Of a DNA stretch of 64,000 nt, positions 61,701-64,000 are shown one piece after another (position 1 is the first letter of the stretch; the number at the start of each line of letters is the position of its first letter). The DNA comes from Azolla caroliniana. Taxonomy: Eukaryota; Plantae; Polypodiophyta. Both the position numbers and the translations under genes were made by a program. The notes under the pieces were generated by a model. The model was not told where the DNA came from, searched no databases, and saw only the letters and a program-made list of their open reading frames with translations. The stretch lies in NCBI GenBank assembly GCA_043228905.1, contig JBHGNT010000004.1:20584001-20648000 (forward strand), written 5' to 3'.

Positions 61701-62441
61701 CTACCTTATGCTTTGTGGGCCGACCGGACTACGCACAGTTCGGTAACCGGGTACATGCCGACAGAGCTCATGTTCGGCCAGGGGCCGATCATGCCGATGG
61801 AACGAACAATCTCCTCATGGGCAACGGTCGACTGGAGGGACGAGATGAGCCGGGAGGAGTTGTTGGCAGCGCGTATACGACAACTTGAACGGAGACCGGA
61901 GGACGTGGAGACGGCTGCAGAAAGGATCCGAGTGGCGAGGATAAAGAACAAAGCCAGGTTCGACCGAACACACCGACTCCGACCGAAGAAGATCGAACAA
62001 GGTGACTGGGTGCTCGTCTACGACAGCAGCCTCGACAACCAGCACCGAGCAACGCGGAAGTTCGCACGGAGATGGTTCGGGCCGTACACGGTACAAAGCG
62101 CCAACGACAACGGGACGTATCATCTGGCGGAACTCGACGGTACGAGAATAGCGATACCCGTGGCCGGGAAGAGGATCAAAGCTTTCAAGAAGCGGCACGA
62201 CGACGAACCCGACCTGATTCTCCTGGACAGCAGCGACGACCGATCCGAGGCCGAGGAAGGGCCGGCAGGCGAAGAGTTAAGGCGGGCCGGTTTTCTCCGT
62301 GCCAACTTAATTTGGCGCATGCCGGTGGATGCGCGGTTAGGTGGGGGCGGATGTCGTGAAGAAAACCGCCCACAAGAGGAATCGGAGGAACAAGGCGTGG
62401 GAAACGGCTCTACACACACACGCGCGCCAAGAAGTACCTAA
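58776..62441 (+). CDS. pol: Pol (RT, RNase H, integrase; no chromodomain), probably made by frameshift
   Basis: Open frame; DLYSGYDQF, TLPQGGTNS, PFLDDIP, VDTS, HDSPWAGH..CESC, MVD..ADRG..GKVE, WFGPY. Confidence 0.95.
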   Translation, partial: PRGLLERAAKAWGRDSPDTPGKPHTCTIKPKKPCTIGREFLFSDSGACTIAGIGGREKTKAEGRLRACGVLGPDEEINGAVEAVSFDDTLGMLGKVVEEGLNEDRTIPVCSEEMYEVIADFGRGLESVRTAHVSTKYKTVDRKVRPVAAPLPEDSASRIKGVASDPSLRDPACIGHTFTDETLRELKIGGGGFLLPAEEDRFRRMLGRHGKAFAFSPEEIGCVDPTIVEPMVIFTVPHVPWNLKPIPVPRAHIPKLMELLRQKVDMGILEPSSAPYSNRWFTVPKKNGSLRFIQDLQPVNRVTIRNAGIGPTIDEFAEAFAGRSIYSVGDLYSGYDQFQLAVESRDITTMRTPLGLVRMCTLPQGGTNSVAHMVNAMNKVLRDCIPDITMPFLDDIPIKGCPVEEKDETIGPDGCRRFVAAHIDDCEKVLQRLEDARLTFSGEKSAFGQSEIMVVGHLCGPYGRKPSPAKVEAISAMKPDCSSVTEVRRFLGACAFYHIWIPHYAHVAEPLYGLLKKGRRFEWLDEHAESVRKLKEALAAAPALRKAVYGKGTPVFITVDTSPTGIGWVVNQEDEDGNRFPIRFGAKVLSERQQGYAQVKRELWGIVSAVKADKDYLIGTEVIIETDCLPILGMVSGCATPDLAMLRWIAYIKSLDPEIRHISGKDNAMADMLSRARFDDEGGMVSEDEEVGVDFFEAAYITTDGMSTPALNEFDASKYDGEWLQIGGFLKTMTPDASWTKDEANRIRKKAYRFFLRDGHLWKHPKKRNGVPLRVVAMKEEQEELLAAYHDSPWAGHRGTWATFEKLKGKYWWPGLYQDVHRFVTTCESCQMHSIVRHRDELHPTYPPAIHFKGMVDLVTMPMGVGQMRYLVLAREDLTNQVEGRALQNKTTAAVCRFLIEDVICRYGCVGKIVADRGELDAEEAAELFDRLGVKLSLTTAYNPEANGKVERGHGPIVKALVRACGGQVGNWPRLLPYALWADRTTHSSVTGYMPTELMFGQGPIMPMERTISSWATVDWRDEMSREELLAARIRQLERRPEDVETAAERIRVARIKNKARFDRTHRLRPKKIEQGDWVLVYDSSLDNQHRATRKFARRWFGPYTVQSANDNGTYHLAELDGTRIAIPVAGKRIKAFKKRHDDEPDLILLDSSDDRSEAEEGPAGEELRRAGFLRANLIWRMPVDARLGGGGCREENRPQEESEEQGVGNGSTHTRAPRST
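58782..58850 (+). promoter_or_regulatory. Putative -1 ribosomal frameshift signal (slippery site plus stem-loop)
   Basis: G GAC TTT TAG here (G GAT TTT TAG in three other copies); pol frame is -1 and open from 58776; downstream GTGGGG...CCCCAC stem. Confidence 0.7.
62339..62351 (+). promoter_or_regulatory. Polypurine tract of Gypsy E
   Basis: AGGTGGGGGCGGA immediately before the 3' LTR; equivalents in C, H and K. Confidence 0.8.
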
Positions 62442-63068
62442 GGTCGAAGTAGGTACATACGAGGATCCTAGGTGGGTAGATTCGGTTGGTATGCAGTTAA
62501 TGCCAAACGGCCTCTTGACGGGCTATAAAAGGAAGAGGAAGACTAGAAGTGGGGTATCTCGCGCGGAGAGGACGAAGTGCTGCCGAACCGATTTCGGAGC
62601 TTCTCTCTCACTCCTGCCTTCTCTGTCTTCTGCTCCATCGCGTACCTGTGCAGGTTTCGAGGAGGCTTGCGCTGTTCCGTGGAACGCCCCGAGCGCGTCC
62701 TGCAGCACCTCCGACCTGTTTTCCCTTTCTGTGCGTCGCGACATACAGGGGTCGGCATCTGTTCGCCGCCCTGTTCGTTTTCGTTAGTATCTATTTCGTG
62801 CCCCACCGTGGGTTGTAATACTTTAGTCTGTTATTTTCTTGCATTCATAAGTACATATCTTTCGTTGTTGCATCCATCTGCGTCGGCGTTTATTTGTGAT
62901 CTCTGTTTGTTGGGCCGTGTCCCTGTGCAATCGTCGGTTCTGCGCAATCGGATCTTCGGTTCTGTGTAATCGGGTCTCTCTCTCTTACTCCTCTCTCTCT
63001 TGCTCTTCGGTTCAAGACCCCCGTGGTCCCTCCTCCTTTCTACACGCAAGGGCGTAGCAACCCCGACA
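62352..63068 (+). repeat. 3' LTR of Gypsy E
   Basis: Direct repeat of 55905-56621. Confidence 0.97.
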
Positions 63069-63072
63069 ACGG

Positions 63073-64000
63073 GCTACGGTGACAAAGGAAGAAGTGGCTG
63101 ACGCGGAGGTCGGGTCTACGGCGGATGAAGGGCGTAACACGAAGCATGCACTACGGTCGGTGAAGGGCCCAAGAACGAGCATGCATCCGAGAGAGCGTCA
63201 ACGAGTGACCGGAAACGGTGGACCGATTGAGCCTTTGAGAGGCGAGGACTCGGTGGTGAACCGAGAGTGGGAGGAACCCTCCACACCTACCCGTGAGGCA
63301 TCGGCGGTCGCGGATCGAAAGGAGAACGAAGAAGCGGTGGGTGGCGACGAGGAGTTGGAGACCGACGCGGAGGTCGGGTCTACGGCGGAAGCACGACACG
63401 AGACGCATGCAATACGGCCGGTGGAGGGCCTAGACACAAGCATGCATACGGCGGATGGGCGACAACGATTGACCGACGATGACGGTCGGGTCAAGCCTTC
63501 GAGAGGCAAGCGCGGGACGAAGGACGGCGCGGCGAAACACCAAGATCGACGACATAGGCCGAGCGCGATCGGCATGAGCGGAAAGTCGTATCTAGGAAAA
63601 CGGAGGAGATGCGCGGAGAACAACGGGGTATACACCGAGAAGAGAAAGCGCGACGGCTTCCCGGAGGGCATACAAGGCCAAGCGGGCCAAGAGGGCGCAA
63701 GTCGAGGCGAGGCGATAACGAGAGCCTCGAGGGACACCGACACGGAGGTCGGGATGACGATACGCTCTACTACGAGAGAGCACGGTGAAAAAGGGGAAAG
63801 CGAACGACCGAAGCACGATGGGGTCATCGAAGGACCGAAGCACGAGCACACATTCGGAGGGCAACATCAACATACGGGGAAAGCCTACGGAAGGCAAGCA
63901 CGGAGCGGAGAGAGTCGGCACGCCGAGGTGTGCGGCACGCAAATGGCGGAATCCGGCATGCGACCGGGAGCGCATCCGGGGGATATACGAGGCAGACAAA
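63073..64000 (+). CDS. Element L ORF, part 2: in-frame continuation, open to the window end
   Basis: Manual translation from 63073 (GCT ACG GTG ACA AAG...) gives 309 codons with no stop, in the same frame as 53821-55904; missing from the ORF track, probably because it has no stop codon. Confidence 0.7.

Larger units (their letters stand above)
55905..63068 (+). mobile_element. Full-length, very young Trp-primed Gypsy, copy E
   Basis: 717-bp LTRs 55905-56621 and 62352-63068 (one difference seen); 4-bp TSD ACGG (55901-55904 / 63069-63072); PBS, PPT and both ORFs open. Confidence 0.98.

Overview
Eukaryotic (plant-type) heterochromatin. The whole 64 kb is a multi-layer nest of LTR retrotransposons; I see no host gene, rRNA, functional tRNA or CRISPR array. 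Three main groups are present. (1) A Tnt1/Tork-like Ty1/Copia family with a tRNA-iMet PBS and 5-bp TSDs: copies at 1-3324, 3801-5168, 6289-19522, 34820-40074 (full length, intact 1357-aa ORF) and 49845-53820. (2) A non-chromovirus Ty3/Gypsy family with an 18-nt tRNA-Trp PBS, TGTCG...CGACA termini, 4-bp TSDs and a gag-PR / -1 frame / RT-RH-INT layout: copies at 5169-22403, 12193-19184, 24986-33295 and 55905-63068 (intact, very young), plus pol-less relatives at 46196-49844 and 53821-64000. (3) An old Athila/Tat-like Gypsy host (24383-46195) with a 3' extra ORF. There are three TSD-flanked solo LTRs (4120-4479, 29527-29978, 48547-49759). The most interesting signals are: tRNA-like Pol III box A/box B modules inside LTRs of unrelated families; a heat-shock-element hairpin in a solo LTR; a hidden ~1000-codon Gag-NTD plus disordered-repeat ORF that is restored when a nested element is removed; a templated LTR-plus-flank duplication; a PMD-like extra ORF; and strong CCGG enrichment. 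All alignments and counts were done by eye; lineage names are inferred from motifs, not from database searches.
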